Shown: positions 11,198 through 25,596, numbered from the stretch's first letter. The stretch: DNA of 64,000 nucleotides from Octopus sinensis (GCF_006345805.1 NW_021831826.1:275-64274); one strand, 5' to 3'. Translations and numbers: made by a program. Notes: generated by a model not told the origin, from the sequence alone.

Positions 11198-12356
11198 ATG
11201 TGGGCCAGAGTGATTAAATCGCCAAACTGGAAATACCCAGGACCGGATAGCGTACAAGGTTATTGGCTGAAAATTTCCCCAGCAGTACACAGAAGAATAG
11301 CCAAGCAAATATATAAAATGATCAACAACGGGGTACAAATCCCAAAGAGGCTGACCACAAGTAAAACAATTCTTTGCCAAAATAATCCCAACAAAGCAAT
11401 GCAGTGGATAATCACCGGCCTATCACCTGTCTGCCCCTCATGTGGAAGCTGATGACAGGAATAATATCTAATTAGGTTTATGATTTCCTGGAAATAAATT
11501 ACAAAGCACCAGTGGAACAGAAAGGGTACAGAAATAATAGCCAAGGGACACTTACAGACTAATATGGTTTCAGAACGGAAAATGAAATGGGAGACAGTGT
11601 TTGTAAGCAACCGCACACGATCAGGCATTCATAACCAACTACATAAAATCCGAAATAGACAAAAACCAGGCAAATTCCCAATGTAGAGACTTTTAACATG
11701 AATTCACACAGAAAAGGGAGTCAGCAGTGAAGGCCAGATAGCAAGAAAGTAATATCACTGAAGGCAGAGAATCATAAGTGCTTCGGAGTATTAGAATCTG
11801 AGAGTGTACTAACAATGGAAATGAAAACAAAAATAGCTAAGGAGTACATCGGAAGGTTGAAGAAGCTAATGAAGAGAAAGCGAAGGGTTCTAAATCTAGT
11901 AAAGGTTGTAAAAACTTTGGGAAGTGTCGTTACTTCGGTATTCAGCAGAATTTGTTGATTGGAAATGATCTGAATTAGCAAATCTAGACAGAAGAACTAG
12001 GAAGGAATTCAATATGAATAGAGGACTTCAGCCTCGATTAGGAAGAGCAAGATTGCACTTACTTAGAATAACGAAGGTGGAAGCGGTTTAATATCAGCAG
12101 AAAGTAGGGTAGAGTTAGCTAGAGTTGATATATATAATAATGAATAAAATTTATGATTTGCCTGAGTTATAGTAGGAGATAGGAAAGGAAAAAGCCAAAT
12201 GAAATTAAAACAATAAAAAAAGTAGGAAGATAATCTAACTGACAAGAGAATGTATGGCAATGTCGATTGGCAAAGATAGTTGCAGGAAATAGTAATATTG
12301 AGACATGGTTATGGTTGCTGAAAGGAAGCTGAAAAGGGAGACAGAGTTTCTAAGCA
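11198..12356 (+). mobile_element. Decayed R4/Dong-like RT remnant (U2a; RT core deleted)
   Basis: ORF 11198-11452 contains KSPNWKYPGPDSVQGYWLK; the remnant ends at TWLWLLKG..KRETE. The QGD/MDD core is lost at the junction 11715/11716. Confidence 0.85.
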
Positions 12357-13511
12357 AAAATTAATTGTAAGGTCGGACTTATATTTCGGAGAGATCTATG
12401 AAAATTAACATCCACATCATGTGATGTATTACAATAATGATTGCAGGTGTAGGTTTCAGGACTAATGATTGTCCATTACTTGAACGTTTGCGCTATCAGC
12501 CCTATCGTAAGCATTTGAGACAATGATATTCCATTGTCCCACACCCTACCGCCTTAACCAAAGAAAGAACACAACACACATTGCGATGTAAGTAAATCAA
12601 CGGCATGATCATGGCCGAAACGCCTCTGATCATAGTCTTGTCATCATTGAACAACAAGCATTCTTTACAAATAACTGAAATATATTCTGCGAAACGAGGA
12701 AAATTGGCCGGGTTTCCATTTTAGTAACTTGAGCGATGAGGTCCTATTTTTGAGCAGATATCGCCATCCCAATAATCGGTAAAAACTATGGCGTTTGTTT
12801 TAGAAAAGCGACAAGTAGATAAGAATATTCTGTGGGTGTTGTCAGGACATATGAAAAATAAAGTTTTGGTAATATAATAGAAGTCGAGGACATGAAATCG
12901 TGATTAAGGTCGTGATTTCAGATCCTGGGACGAGTGGTGTTTTGTGCGCAGAACAATTCATCTTATGTTGCACAGCGACCATTTCAACACTCGACGTGTA
13001 GGAATGGTGGAAAATGGATTTATTTTCCGGATATTAAAGAATTTCAGCCAATCACATACATCAAGAAAAAATACTGCCACTCTCGTTTTAAAAATAATTA
13101 GAGAATTATTACAACAGGGTATTTCATTCAGTATGCTTTTCGGATAGCACCTGGAACGTGGGACAAAAATAGAATATTTAGATAAGTGGATAAAATTGAT
13201 TTAATTTCTGTCAAAAATTCAAACCGAAGTCATATTTGGGGCCGGCTCTATAAAGGTAAATCAATTTTTGTTACTTTTCTTTTAAGATTTAACATTTGTA
13301 TCTACACACACACACGTATATATGATTTATTTTTTCCTCTCTCTCTATCTTTCTCTCACTATGCAACTTAATAGAATAACGTTGTCATTTGTCGGTGAGC
13401 ATTTTGTTCCAAGCAAACATAACGTTGTTACACTCACGTCAGAATTATTATTTAAATATTTGTTTGTCCTGTTCATCCTATATATAGACTTCTACATAAA
13501 CACACATGCAT

Positions 13512-14153
13512 AGGCGTGGCTGCGTGGTAAGAAACATGAATTCACAAGCAGATAGTTCCAGGTTTAGTTTCACTGCATGGCAATTTGGGAAAGTGTCTTC
13601 TACTATAACCTCAGACCGACCAAAGCCTTACGAGTGGGTTTGGTAGACGGAAACCGAAAGAAGTGCGTTCTATATGTATCTATATATATTGAAGCATATA
13701 TGTGTTTGTGTGTGTGTGTGTGAGTTTGTTTGTTTGTGATTGTGTGTTTCTGCCTTTGCAACTATGTTTGTTACCCATTCATATTCGACAGCAGGTTTTT
13801 TAAGGCCCCCTCCTTAAAATTGCGGTTCGGCAAAAGCAGCCAATAAAATAAGTACTTGGCTTACAAAGAATAATCTCTGATGTCAATTTATTGGGCTTAA
13901 AGGCTTTTGATATGGTGCTCCAGCATGACCGTGGGCAAATGACTTCAACACGTAAAGGAATTAAAGAAAAAGAATACACATTTATATATGTGTGTGCGCA
14001 TGTCTGTGTATATATATAAATGCGTATGAATATATACATATGTATTTATATACCTATATATATGTATGTGTGTGAATGTTTTGCCTCGTACACATGTGCA
14101 TGTATTCACACACACACATGTAGACACACGCTCACATATACATTCATATATAC

Positions 14154-14197
<44 letters not shown>

Positions 14198-15245
14198 GAA
14201 CTAACATACATACACACACTCATACACACACATATTTTTGCGTGTTTGTGTATGTATATATATCCTCATGCATTTTATATAACCATACATGATTACATAT
14301 GACCCCGCGTAGAAATTCTTCGTCCTAAAATCCAAGATTGCCGCTTATAAAGTGGTTTCTGGGTTAGGTAGGATGCCAGGGGTTGTGTTTTTTGGGGGAG
14401 GTGGACAGTCGACTAATTGCAATTCAGCACCTCTGAGAAATGAAAGGCAAAGGGGAATTCGACAGGAAAGGAACTCAGAATGCGAATAGATAAATCAATT
14501 TTTGTTACATTTCTTTTAAAATTTAAAATTTATTTATATATACACACACACAAATATATGATTTATTTTTTCTTCTTTCTATCTTTCTATAACTATGCAA
14601 CTTAATAGAATAACGTTGTTCCTGACAGTCATTTGTCGGTGAGCATTTTGTTCCAAGCAACCATAACGTTGTTACACGCAAGTAAGAACTATTAGTTAAA
14701 CATTTGATTGTCCTGTTCATCCTGTTTATAGACTTCTACATAAACACACATGCATAGGCGTGGCTATTTGGTAAGGAACTTGCTCCGCAAGCACATAGAT
14801 CCAGGTGTAGTTTCCCTGCTTGGCAACCTGGGAAAGTGTCTTCTACTATAACCTCGAGCCGAGCAAAGACTTGTGAGTGGGTTTAGTAGACGGACCCGAA
14901 GGAAATCCGTTATATATATATATATATACATATGTGTGTGTGAGTGTGTCTGTGAGTGTATGTGTGGCGCGCGCGCTTGTGTGTGTATGTATGAGTGTGT
15001 GTGTGTGTGTGTTTACCTGTGTGCGTGTGTGTCTGTGTGACTATGTTGGTTACGCGTTCATAGTTTGACAGCAGGTCTTTTACGCCCGCTTTAACATAGC
15101 TGTTCGGCAAAAGCGATCAATAAAATAAGTACCAGGCTTACCAAGAATAAGCCCAGTGGTAAACTTTCGGTTCTTCGGCTTAAAGGCTTTTTAGGTGGAA
15201 CTCCAGCAAGGACGCAGTCAAATGACTTAGACAAGTAAAATAATT
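13512..15245 (+). mobile_element. Two tandem older SINE-A copies (13512-13970, 14756-15245) within the duplicated module of long units
   Basis: AGGCGTGGCT..GTGGTAAG heads. Paralogs at ~20624 and ~21886 (U2b), ~27941 and ~29539 (U3), ~51494 and ~52874 (U5), ~63230 (U6). Confidence 0.72.
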
Positions 15246-15295
15246 AAAGAAACGAATACACTTTTTAAACGTGTGTGTTGATCTCTGAATGCGTA

Positions 15296-15343
<48 letters not shown>

Positions 15344-15519
15344 TGTGTGTGTGTGTATATGCGTGTGTGTGTGTCTGTGTGAGTATTTTGAACGCCGTAC
15401 ACTTGTGCATGTACTCACACACACACATGCTCATAGACGCCCACATATACATTAGTATATATATATATACACACAAACGTATTCAGACAATCTAAAGTGT
15501 TTTGTGTATATGGAATAAT

Positions 15520-16235
15520 AATAAATTGGTATGCGGATGCTCAAGTGAACAACTTAGAGAATTAGTACCGTCTTTACCCTCTAGTACCTGCATCTGCTGT
15601 GTGAGTCCTTCGGCAAGTTACACAGGGTGAACTGGACGCCCCTAAATATTCGAGGGTATGTTGTACTTGAGATAACCCATGTACATGAAAGTTACAATAT
15701 ACTAAACACACATGCAGAGTAAACCACGTAGAATATCACTTTCATTCTTCTGCAAGCTGCAGAATAATTCAGTCCTAGATGTCGTTTAATAAATTGATGC
15801 TTCATCTTGATAGAAAGGTCGGACTTATATTTCGGAAAGATCTATGAAAATTAACATCCACATCATGTGATGTATTACAATAATGATTGTAGATATAGGT
15901 TTCAGGACTAATGAATGCCCATTACTTTTACATTTGCGCCATCAGCCCTATCGTAAGCATTTGAGACTATGATATTCCATTGTCTCACACCCTATCGTCT
16001 TAACCACGGAAAGAACACAACACACATTGCAATATAAGTAAAGCGACGGGATGATCACGACCGGAACGCTTCTGATCATAGTTTTGTCATCAGTGTAAAA
16101 CAAGCATACTTTACAACCAACTGAAATATATTCTGGGAAAGGAGGGAAATTCGTCGGGTTTGCATTTTAGTAACTAGAGAGATGAGGTCGTGTCTTTGAG
16201 CAGATATCGCCATCCCAATAATCGATAAAAACATT
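15520..16235 (+). mobile_element. Decayed Penelope-like element end (GIY-YIG endonuclease remnant), U2a
   Basis: Frameshifted YLHLLCES-GK-YTG*TGRP-LNIR at ~15584-15655, then RSMKINIHI and MIVDIGFRTNECPLL. This resembles the PLE GIY-YIG pattern Y..C..C...YIGETGR.L..R...R...E..HI....N.D.G. Confidence 0.55.
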
Positions 16236-18786
16236 TGACTTGTAGGAATGGTGAATAGGTGGAAAATGGATTTGTTTTCCGGATATTAAAGAATTGCAGC
16301 CAATCATATACACCAAGAGAAAATACTGCCACTTTCGTTTTAAAAAAAATAGAGAATTATTACAACAGGGTACTTCATTCAGTATGTTTATCGGATCGCA
16401 GCTGGAAGGTGAGACAAAAAACTGATATGAGGCAATAGAATATTCAGATAAGTGGATAAAACGTATTTAATTTCTGACGATAATTTGGCGGTGAGCATTT
16501 GGTTCCAAGCAACCATAACATCACCCTTAACATCGCGGATCGGCAAAAGTGAGCAATAAAATAACACATTCAAACGTATGTGTGTCTATGTTTATTCTCC
16601 ATTCACAGCTCGGCAGCATGGTTTTATTTCGCTCCCCTTAACATATCGGATCGGCAAAAGTGAACAATAAAATGACACATAGAAACATATAGACACACAC
16701 ACAAATATATATACATATAGTTTCTGTCTACCAAATCCACTCACAGGGCTCTACGCATATATATATATATATATACACAAACAAACGTACATAATTGCAC
16801 ACAGTCACATACACAAGCACACACAGGTACACTTACACACACACACATACACGCAAATATATTTGTGTGTGTTTGTGTATGTATATATCTTGCTGCATCT
16901 TTATATAACCATACATGATTACATATGACACCGCGTAGCAATTCTTTGTCCTGAAATCCTAGATTGCCGCTCATATAATGTTGTCTCTGGCTTAGGTAGA
17001 ATACCAGTGGTTGTGTTATTGTGGGGGAAGTGGTCAGTCGACTAATTGGACTTCAGCACCTCTGAGAAATGAAACGCAAAGGGGACTTCAGCGGGAAAGG
17101 AACTCAGAACGCGAATAGCCGACAGAAACGCTGCAAAGCAATTTGTAAATTTGTGTACAGGCATTGTGTACAGACATTGCCAACTATTTTGCTTGGATAT
17201 TCTTGTTTAATATTATCTTTTTAATTTAACCTCTATACTTTTTAACTGTACAACTTATTTTTTCATTTGAAAGTCCTGCGGGGATGGGAAGGTGGCGAAG
17301 CATTCAGATCTGAGGAATTGTAAGCATGTATTTAGTTGTATAACCACAAGTGTCCTATGGGTTTTTGGTTGCAATTGAATTCAGGGAAAACCCTGCTCAC
17401 CTAGAGACCGGAGACAATGCTATATAACTAAATGGATGGGAAGATGACGACTGGATGTCCTCTGACCATAGCTTACTCAATCAGGAAACATTGGCTTGTG
17501 GGGCAGATATGTTTACAATGTTTTCCATCAAACACCTGGAGATACCTGCGAAATCTCTTTCCAATCACACACTCTTATTTTACACAATGGAGGACATGGT
17601 TGCTAATGTTTGAATAAAAATAATTAGTAGGGTATAATTGGAATGCCTTTGTGCAAAATTACGATCAGTCAGGGCAAACAACAACGTCGACAACAACAAT
17701 ATTCAGATAAGTGGATAAATCTTTTCTAATTTCTGTAAAAAATTAATACTGAAGTCATATTTGAAACCGGCATTGTAAATGTAAATCAATTTTTGCTACT
17801 TTCCTGTAAAGATTTAAAATTAATATTTATACACACACATATCTACACAGGCGAAATTAAATTTAAGACCGATGATAATAGTCCTATTTCTAACAAAATA
17901 TTTTGTTACTAACACCTTACAAATTATTTCTATGTTTTACACTTTATGGAGACTTTATTTCTCTTTCGAATGATGCAGACAATAACTATTTTTATACAAC
18001 TTGAAGAATGCATGAAAGTACTAGTTCAATCAGAGTGGATATTTGATATTCTATCGCTTCATTATGTTATCTTATCTTATCATATATTATTATAAGATTG
18101 TAAATAAATCATGAAAATCAAAGTTGGAATATCTTTCAGTAATATATTCTTCTATACACAATCATACACACCTGTGTATAAGTGCATATATATTTATATA
18201 TATATATATATGGATATTATTGCTTACAATAATATCAACTGGCAAGCATGCGTAAAAAATCCCATAAGGTAAAGCATCATTAATTAATAATTAAAGGTCC
18301 TACAAGCAGCACCAGCACACTAAAAATAGCAGCACAAAGAGAGAGAGAAGAACAGAAAGACAGAAGGAGAGAAAAAGAGAGAGAAAAGAAAGTGTGGAAC
18401 AGGGAGAGAGGGAAAGAAAAAAGAAAGAAAAAGAGAAAGAGAGAGAGAGATAATTCGAAAAATAATTAGACAGATAAACAAACAGAAACTTCTATAAATA
18501 GATTGACAGACAGACAGACACACACACACACACACATACATATATAAATGGTAAAAAAAATAACGCTCTCTTTCCTCAGTCAAGTCCCACTAGTCACGAC
18601 CATCTCGGGCAGTAACACTTGGGAAGGTTCGATCTGGTTGCCCCCCACTAAACGTCTCTCTCTATATATATATATGTATCATATTTTATCCATACAGTTC
18701 CACTTGTATTTTATATTTTCTTTCTTTAACATATTACTACTATGCTTATATATATATACATACATACATACATATATATATATTTA

Positions 18787-18824
<38 letters not shown>

Positions 18825-19404
18825 CATATATGTATATATATATATTTATATACATACATATATATACACACACACACACACACAAACACACATATATATA
18901 TACACACACACACATATATATACACACACATACATATATGTGTGTTGTGTAAGTGCGTGTATTCATTCAAACAATTACTAAAATATATAGCCGCACCAAG
19001 TGGGAAATTCCGTTTGTACAATTGTTCCGAGTATAAATTATTTGGCAAACAATCCACTTGACAAACAGTAGAAACGTAGACATTTAATATAAATTTTAAT
19101 ACAGAATAAGCAGGATAAGAAGAAAAAGGCGTAGCAGAGAGTCGCTGAGGAGATCATATTATGTGAGACGAAAGAATTTAAATAAATTAATAATAATGAT
19201 AATAATAATAATAGTCGTTCCTACTATAGGCACAGGGACTGAAATATTTTTGGGGGTGAGTTAGTCGATTATATAGCCCCTGGTACTCAACTGATATTTA
19301 ATGCGAAGTAGACTTCGGGGAATTTGAACTCAGAAACTAATGATGGATGAAATACTACCAAGCATTTTGCCCGGAGTGCTAACGATTCTGCCAGCTCTTC
19401 GCCT

Positions 19405-19415
19405 TAATAATGATA

Positions 19416-19487
<72 letters not shown>

Positions 19488-19512
19488 AATAACAATAATA
19501 ATAATAATAATG

Positions 19513-19549
<37 letters not shown>

Positions 19550-19567
19550 GAAGAAGAAGAAGAAGAA

Positions 19568-19616
<49 letters not shown>

Positions 19617-19703
19617 TATAATAATAATTATAATAATAATAATAATAATATAATAATAACAATAATAATAATAATGATAATAACAATAATAATAATAATA
19701 ATG

Positions 19704-19757
<54 letters not shown>

Positions 19758-19761
19758 GTAA
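19405..19761. repeat. Expanded ~350-bp (AAT)n with an (AAG)n core
   Basis: Direct reading; AAG run at ~19548-19570. Confidence 0.97.
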
Positions 19762-19995
19762 TCCTGTCTACTGGAAGCACAAGGACAAGTCCATTACATC
19801 GAAGCCAGTGTGTAACTGGTACTTAATTTATCGTTCCCGAAAGGATGAAAGGCAAAGTCGATCTCGGCGGAATTTGAACTAAGAACGTAACCACAGACGA
19901 AATACTGCTAAGCATTTCGCCCGGCGCGCTAACGTTTCTGACATCTCGCCACCTTCGGGCAGACGAAATACTTCTAAGCGTTTTGCCCGGCGTAA

Positions 19996-20155
19996 CACCA
20001 CAACCACCACCACCACCACCACCACCACCACCACCACTACCACCACGACCACCTCCACCACCACCACCACCACCACCACCACCACCAACAACAACACAAC
20101 AACAACAACAACAACAAAAACAACAACAACAACAACAATAATGATAATAATAATA
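19996..20155. repeat. (ACC)n-(AAC)n-(AAT)n compound microsatellite
   Basis: Direct reading. Confidence 0.95.
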
Positions 20156-20503
20156 AAGTGAGGATCAAATATATATTTTGCTTGTGTTTCATTGGCAACA
20201 GACGACCATCTCCAAATAGAAGTATTTCTGTTTTAACACCCAATTTCAAAAATGCAAAACGTAATAATATTAAATATTAAGTAGAAAAATTCCGCCGAGG
20301 TTGTCTTTGCCTTTTATCCTTTCGGGGTGGATGAAATCAATATCAGTTAAGTACTGGTGTCGATGTAATCAACTTACTCCCTCCCCCGAAATTGCTGGTG
20401 TTGTGCCAAAATTTGAAATGAATGTGTAGGAGAAATAAATCAAAACACAGCATTACTCACTAATGGACACCATGTTAATCGTTTGAACAAATTATTAAGT
20501 GAA

Positions 20504-21263
20504 CGGTGAGCATTTTGTTCCAAGAAAACATAACGGTGTTACACTCACGTCAGAATTATTAGTTAAATATTTGTTTGTCCTGTTCATCCTATATATAGAC
20601 TTATACATAAACACACATACATAGGCGTAGCTGTGTGGTAAGAAACATGCATCGCAAGCAGATAGTTCCAGGTTCAGTTTCACTGCATGGAAATTTGGGA
20701 AAGTGTCTTCTACTATAACCTTGGACCGACCAAAATCTTACGAGTGGATTTGGTAGACGGAAACCGAAAGAAGTGCGTTATATATATATCTATATATATT
20801 GAAGCATATGTGTGTTTGTGTGTGTGTGTGTGAGTTCATTTGTTTGTGTATTTGTGTTTCTGTTTTTGCGACTATGTTTGTTACCCATTCATATCTTGGC
20901 AGCAGGTTTTTTAAGGCCCCTCCTAAACATTGCGGTTCGGCAAAAGCGGCCAATAAAATAAGTACTTGGCTTACAAAGAATAAGGTCTGATGTCAATCTA
21001 TTGTGTTTAAAATCTTTTGATATGGTGCTCCAGCATGGCCGCGGGCAAATGACTTCATCAAGTAAAAGAATAAAAGAAAAAGAATACACATTTATATATG
21101 TGTGTGTGTTTGTGTGTGTATATATACAAATGCGTATGAATATATATATATATGTATTTATATACCTATATATATACGTGTGTGTGTGGGAATGTTTCGC
21201 CTCGTACACATGTGTATGTATTCACACACACAAGTAGACGCACGCTCACATATACATTCATAT

Positions 21264-21312
<49 letters not shown>

Positions 21313-23553
21313 AACGTACGTACATACACACACTCATATGCAAATACACTCATACACACACATATTCGTGCGTGTTTGTGTATGTACTTATATCCTCATG
21401 CATCTTTATATAACCATACATGATTACATATGACCCCGCGTAGAAATTCTTCGTCCTAAAATCCTAGATTGCCGCCTTTAAAGTGGTTTCTGGCTTAGGT
21501 AGAATGCCAGTGGTTGTGTTTTGTTGGGGAGTTGGTCAGTCGACTAATCGAACTGCAGCACCTCTGAGAAATGAAAGGCAAAGGGGAATTCGACAGGAAA
21601 GGAACTCAGAATGCGAATAGATTAATCAATTTTTGGTACTTTTCTTTTAAGATTTAACATTTTTATATATACACACACACATATATATGATTTATTTTTC
21701 CATCTCTCTCTATCTTTCTATAACTATGCAACTTAATAGAATAACGTTGTTCCTGACTGTCATTTGTCGGCGAGCATTTGGTTCCAACCAACCATAACGT
21801 CGTTACACGCACGTAATAACTATTGGTTAATCATTTTTTGTCCTTCTCTCACTATATATAGACTTCTACATAAACACACATGCATAGGCGTGGCTATTTG
21901 GTAAGGAACTTGTTCCGCAAGCACATAGATCCAGGTTTATTTTCCCTGCATGGCAAACTGGGAAAGTGTCTTCTACTATAGACTCGGGACGAGCAAAGAC
22001 TTGTGAGTGGGTATTGTAGACGGACCCGAAGGAAGTCCTAGATGTTATTTAATAAATTGAATCTTCATCTTGATAGTAAGGTCGGACTTATATTTCGGAA
22101 AGATCTATAAAAATTAACATCCACATCATGTGATGTATTACAATAATGATTGTAGGTGTAGGTTTCAGGACTAGTGAATGTCCATTACTTGAACATTTGC
22201 GCTATCAGCCCTATCGTAAGCATTTGAGACAATGATATTCCATTATCTCACACCCTACCGACTTAACCACGGAAAGAACACAACACACATTGTGATGTAA
22301 GTGAATGGAGGGGATGATCATGACCGAAACGCCTCTGATCATAGCCTTGTCATCAGTGAACAACAAGAATACTTTACAACCAACTGAAATATATTCTGGG
22401 AAAGGAGGGAAATTCGTCGGGTTTGCATTTTAGTAACTAGAGAGATGAGGTCGTGTCTTTGAGCAGATATCGCCATCCTAATAATCGATAAAAACAATGG
22501 TGTTTGTTTTAGAAATGTGTCAAGTAGATAAGAATATTCTCTGGGTTTGCCAGGACATATGAAAAATACCATTTTGGGAGTATAATAGCAGTCGAGAATA
22601 CATAACATCCTGGTCAAAGGTGCTGCTCTCGATAACAGGGTCATGATTTCAAATCCTGCAAAGAAAGGTGTATTGCGCGCAAGACACTTCATCTTCTGTT
22701 GCACAGCGCCCATTTCAACACTTGACGTGTAGGAACGGTTAATAGCTGGAAAATGGATTTATTTTTCGGATATTAAAGAATTGCAGCCAATCACATACAT
22801 CAAGGGAAAATACTGCAACTCACGGTTTAAAAAAAATAGAGAATTATTTCAACAGGGTATTTCATTCAGTATACTTTTCGGATAGCAGCTGGAACGTGAG
22901 ACAAAACACTTATATGAGGCAATAGAATTAGATGGCGATAGTTTGAATGACTTTGTGCAAAACTTCGATCTGGGCAAACAACAACGTCGACCACAACACC
23001 CTAAGTAAAACACAAAAAAACAAACAAACAAAGATATGTACCTAAAATTGGCCTCGTTCTCAGACTTTGTATACCCACACCAAACTCCGCAATTTTCTGC
23101 GTCAGACTTTCTATCATTACATGATACAACGCCATATCGTTAGCTGACAAGAGACATCTCTTAGGAGTAACGCTCATATCTTTTTCGGGATCCATAAAAA
23201 AATTCAGTGGGTGTTGCTTTGGAAAACGCCTAGTAGAAAAGAAGGATTTCTGGGATGCTGTCCCACCTACATATGTTTTATGCATGAACGTAATAATATT
23301 AAATTTTAAGTAGAAATATTCCGCCGAGGTTGTCTTTGCCTTTTATCCTTTCGGGGTGGATGAAATCATTATCAGTTAAGTACTGGGGTCGATGTAATCA
23401 ACTTACTCTCTCCCCCGAAATTGCTGGTGTTGTGCAAAAATTTGAAATGAATGTGTAGGAGAAATAAATCAAAACACAGCATTACTCACTAATGGACACC
23501 ATGTTAATCGTTTAAACAAATTATAAAGTGAACGGCTTGGAGAGTGTTTCATC
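20504..23553 (+). repeat. Unit U2b (3-kb internally deleted derivative unit)
   Basis: Co-linear unit blocks joined at ~20505, ~22036, ~22929 and ~23281. Ends with the normal end-of-unit sequence. Confidence 0.85.
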
Positions 23554-23599
23554 TTTATGCGTGTTTCCTTGGATTGAGTCTGTGTAGGGGGGCATGTTT

Positions 23600-24330
23600 A
23601 GGCGCGGCTGTGTGGTAAGACGCTTGCTTCCAAATCTGGTTTCGGGTTCAGTTCCACTGCGTGGCACACTACTCATATGTTTTCTACTGTAGCCATTGGA
23701 CTCTCAAAATCTTCAGGAGTGGATTTGGTAGATGGAAACGGAAAGAAGCCCATTGAGACTATTCTTTTACTTGTTTCAGTCATTTGACTGCGGCCATATT
23801 GGAGCTACGCCTTTAGTCGAACAAATCGACCCTATGATTAATCTTTGTAATCCTAGTACTTATTCTATCAGCTTTTTCCAGAACCGCTAGGTTAAAGGGA
23901 AGTAAACACACCAACATCGGTTATCAAGTGATGGTGGACGGACAAATATAGACACACGAATACACACACACACACATACGACGGGCTTATTTGAGTTTCC
24001 ATCTCTGAAATCCACTCACAAGGCTTTGGTCGGCCCTTAGCTATAGTAGAAGACACTCAGCCAAGGTGTCTCGCAACGGGACTTAACCCGGAACCATGTG
24101 TTTCATACTCTACGGCCACTCCTATGCCTATATAAGTCTGTCTGTAAATATCAGTGTGTGTGTGTGTGTCATTGTGTCAGTGTTTGTCCCACCGCTTGAC
24201 GACCTGTGTTGGTTTGTTTACGTTCCGGTAACTTAGCGATTCACCAAAATACTCCAATAAAATAAGTACAAGGCTTAAAAAATTAAGCACAGAGGTCAAT
24301 TAGTTCGACTCAAAACTTCTCAAACCAGTG
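23600..24330. mobile_element. Nested SINE-A pair, U3
   Basis: Same arrangement as 48-750. Confidence 0.78.
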
Positions 24331-24709
24331 GCATCTCTATATATACACATAATCCTTTCCAAGCCATGTTCGTTAAAGGAATTGTTCGTTACACGAGTAA
24401 TTGAAATACTTACAAATAAAAGAAATCCGTTCATGCCACTCCCCAAAGCCACATAAAAGTATATATTATACCTTAGCGTTGATACAATAGAAAATCATGT
24501 AAAAGGTCGAATGTAGTGTGACTGCTCAGTTTAGTTTACCACTAAAACACCGGCTTGAACAGAAAAATGTGGTGCACAAATTGGGTATCATGGTTTTAAG
24601 GTGTGGTTGATCATTGAGCGGAGGGACATAAATTATAACAGATTAGGAGCAAGAAAAACATTTAGCCTTATTCAAGAACATTCATTTTATAATTTATAAT
24701 ATAAGTATT

Positions 24710-25075
24710 GGCGCAGGAGTGGCTGTGTAGTAATAGGCGTGCTTACCAACCACATTGTTTGGGGTTCAGTCCCACTGCGTGGCACCTTGCAATAGTGCGT
24801 TCTACTATAGCCTCGGGCTGACCAAAGCCTTGCTAATGGATCTGGAAGACGGAAACTGAAAGAAGCCCATCATGTTTGTGTGTGTGAGTTTGTGTGTCTC
24901 TGTTTGTCCCCCACCATCGCTTGACAACCGATGTTGGTGAGTTTACGTCCATGTAATTTAGTGGTTCAGCAAAGGAGACTCATAGAATAAGTGCAAGGCT
25001 TACAAATAATAAGTTCGATTATAAAGGTATTGCTCCAGCATGGACGCAGTGAAATGGCTGAAAGAAATAAAAGAA
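24710..25075 (+). mobile_element. SINE family A, near full length (U3)
   Basis: GGCGCAGGAGTGGCTGTGTAGTAA (A-box-like) and GGTTCAGTCCC (B-box-like). Confidence 0.85.
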
Positions 25076-25473
25076 CTGGGCAGAGTGGTTACAAATATGC
25101 ACAAAGTCTCTTATAACTGTTTCTAGAATAGCTAAGCATGTTATTGAGTAAAGAATTCCATCTGAGCAAATCATTCCGTTATTGGAGAAAGAAGAAGAAA
25201 ATGCAGAAATGCATAATATCCTTTATCGAGGATATTATTCGTTCCCAGTCTTTTGGGAAACCATGGAATTCTCAGATAAATGTGTTTGGTATTTTCGTGA
25301 TCGAAGAGTTAGTAAAGTTTCTAGGAAGGTCCCTGGCAAAGGATAATGGAAGTTATCAGTTGCATCTTTGAATAGAGTTTAGAGATGGACAGAAAATGTC
25401 TGTTTGTACAGACACGGATTCTCGCACTGTCATCGTATATAAGTATAGAGAGTTAAATTAAATTAAGTGAGGA

Positions 25474-25508
<35 letters not shown>

Positions 25509-25596
25509 AATTGAGAGGAGAGGATTATTTAGTAATTAAGGACGAGTAAAAGCAGATGTATAAACGCCTGTCGCCTCATTGTATATTTGACTACCA

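Larger units (their letters stand above)
19213..20420 (-). mobile_element. SINE-B cluster (U2a)
   Basis: Paralog of 7912-8985 with the nested copy collapsed. Confidence 0.78.
9083..20506 (+). repeat. Unit U2a (long type)
   Basis: Runs from the start marker to the end-of-unit motif ...AAGTGAACGG at 20498-20506. Carries duplicated internal modules (~12365 and ~15810; ~13270 and ~14510). Confidence 0.9.

Noticed and set aside
22339-22713. 124-aa minus-strand ORF and its paralogs (4002-4349, 41435-41746, 50584-50847)
   Set aside because: It is antisense to the PLE-like/SINE module, its frame is not conserved between copies, and I recognise no domain. I considered GPCR and Cys-loop receptor fragments and found no support.
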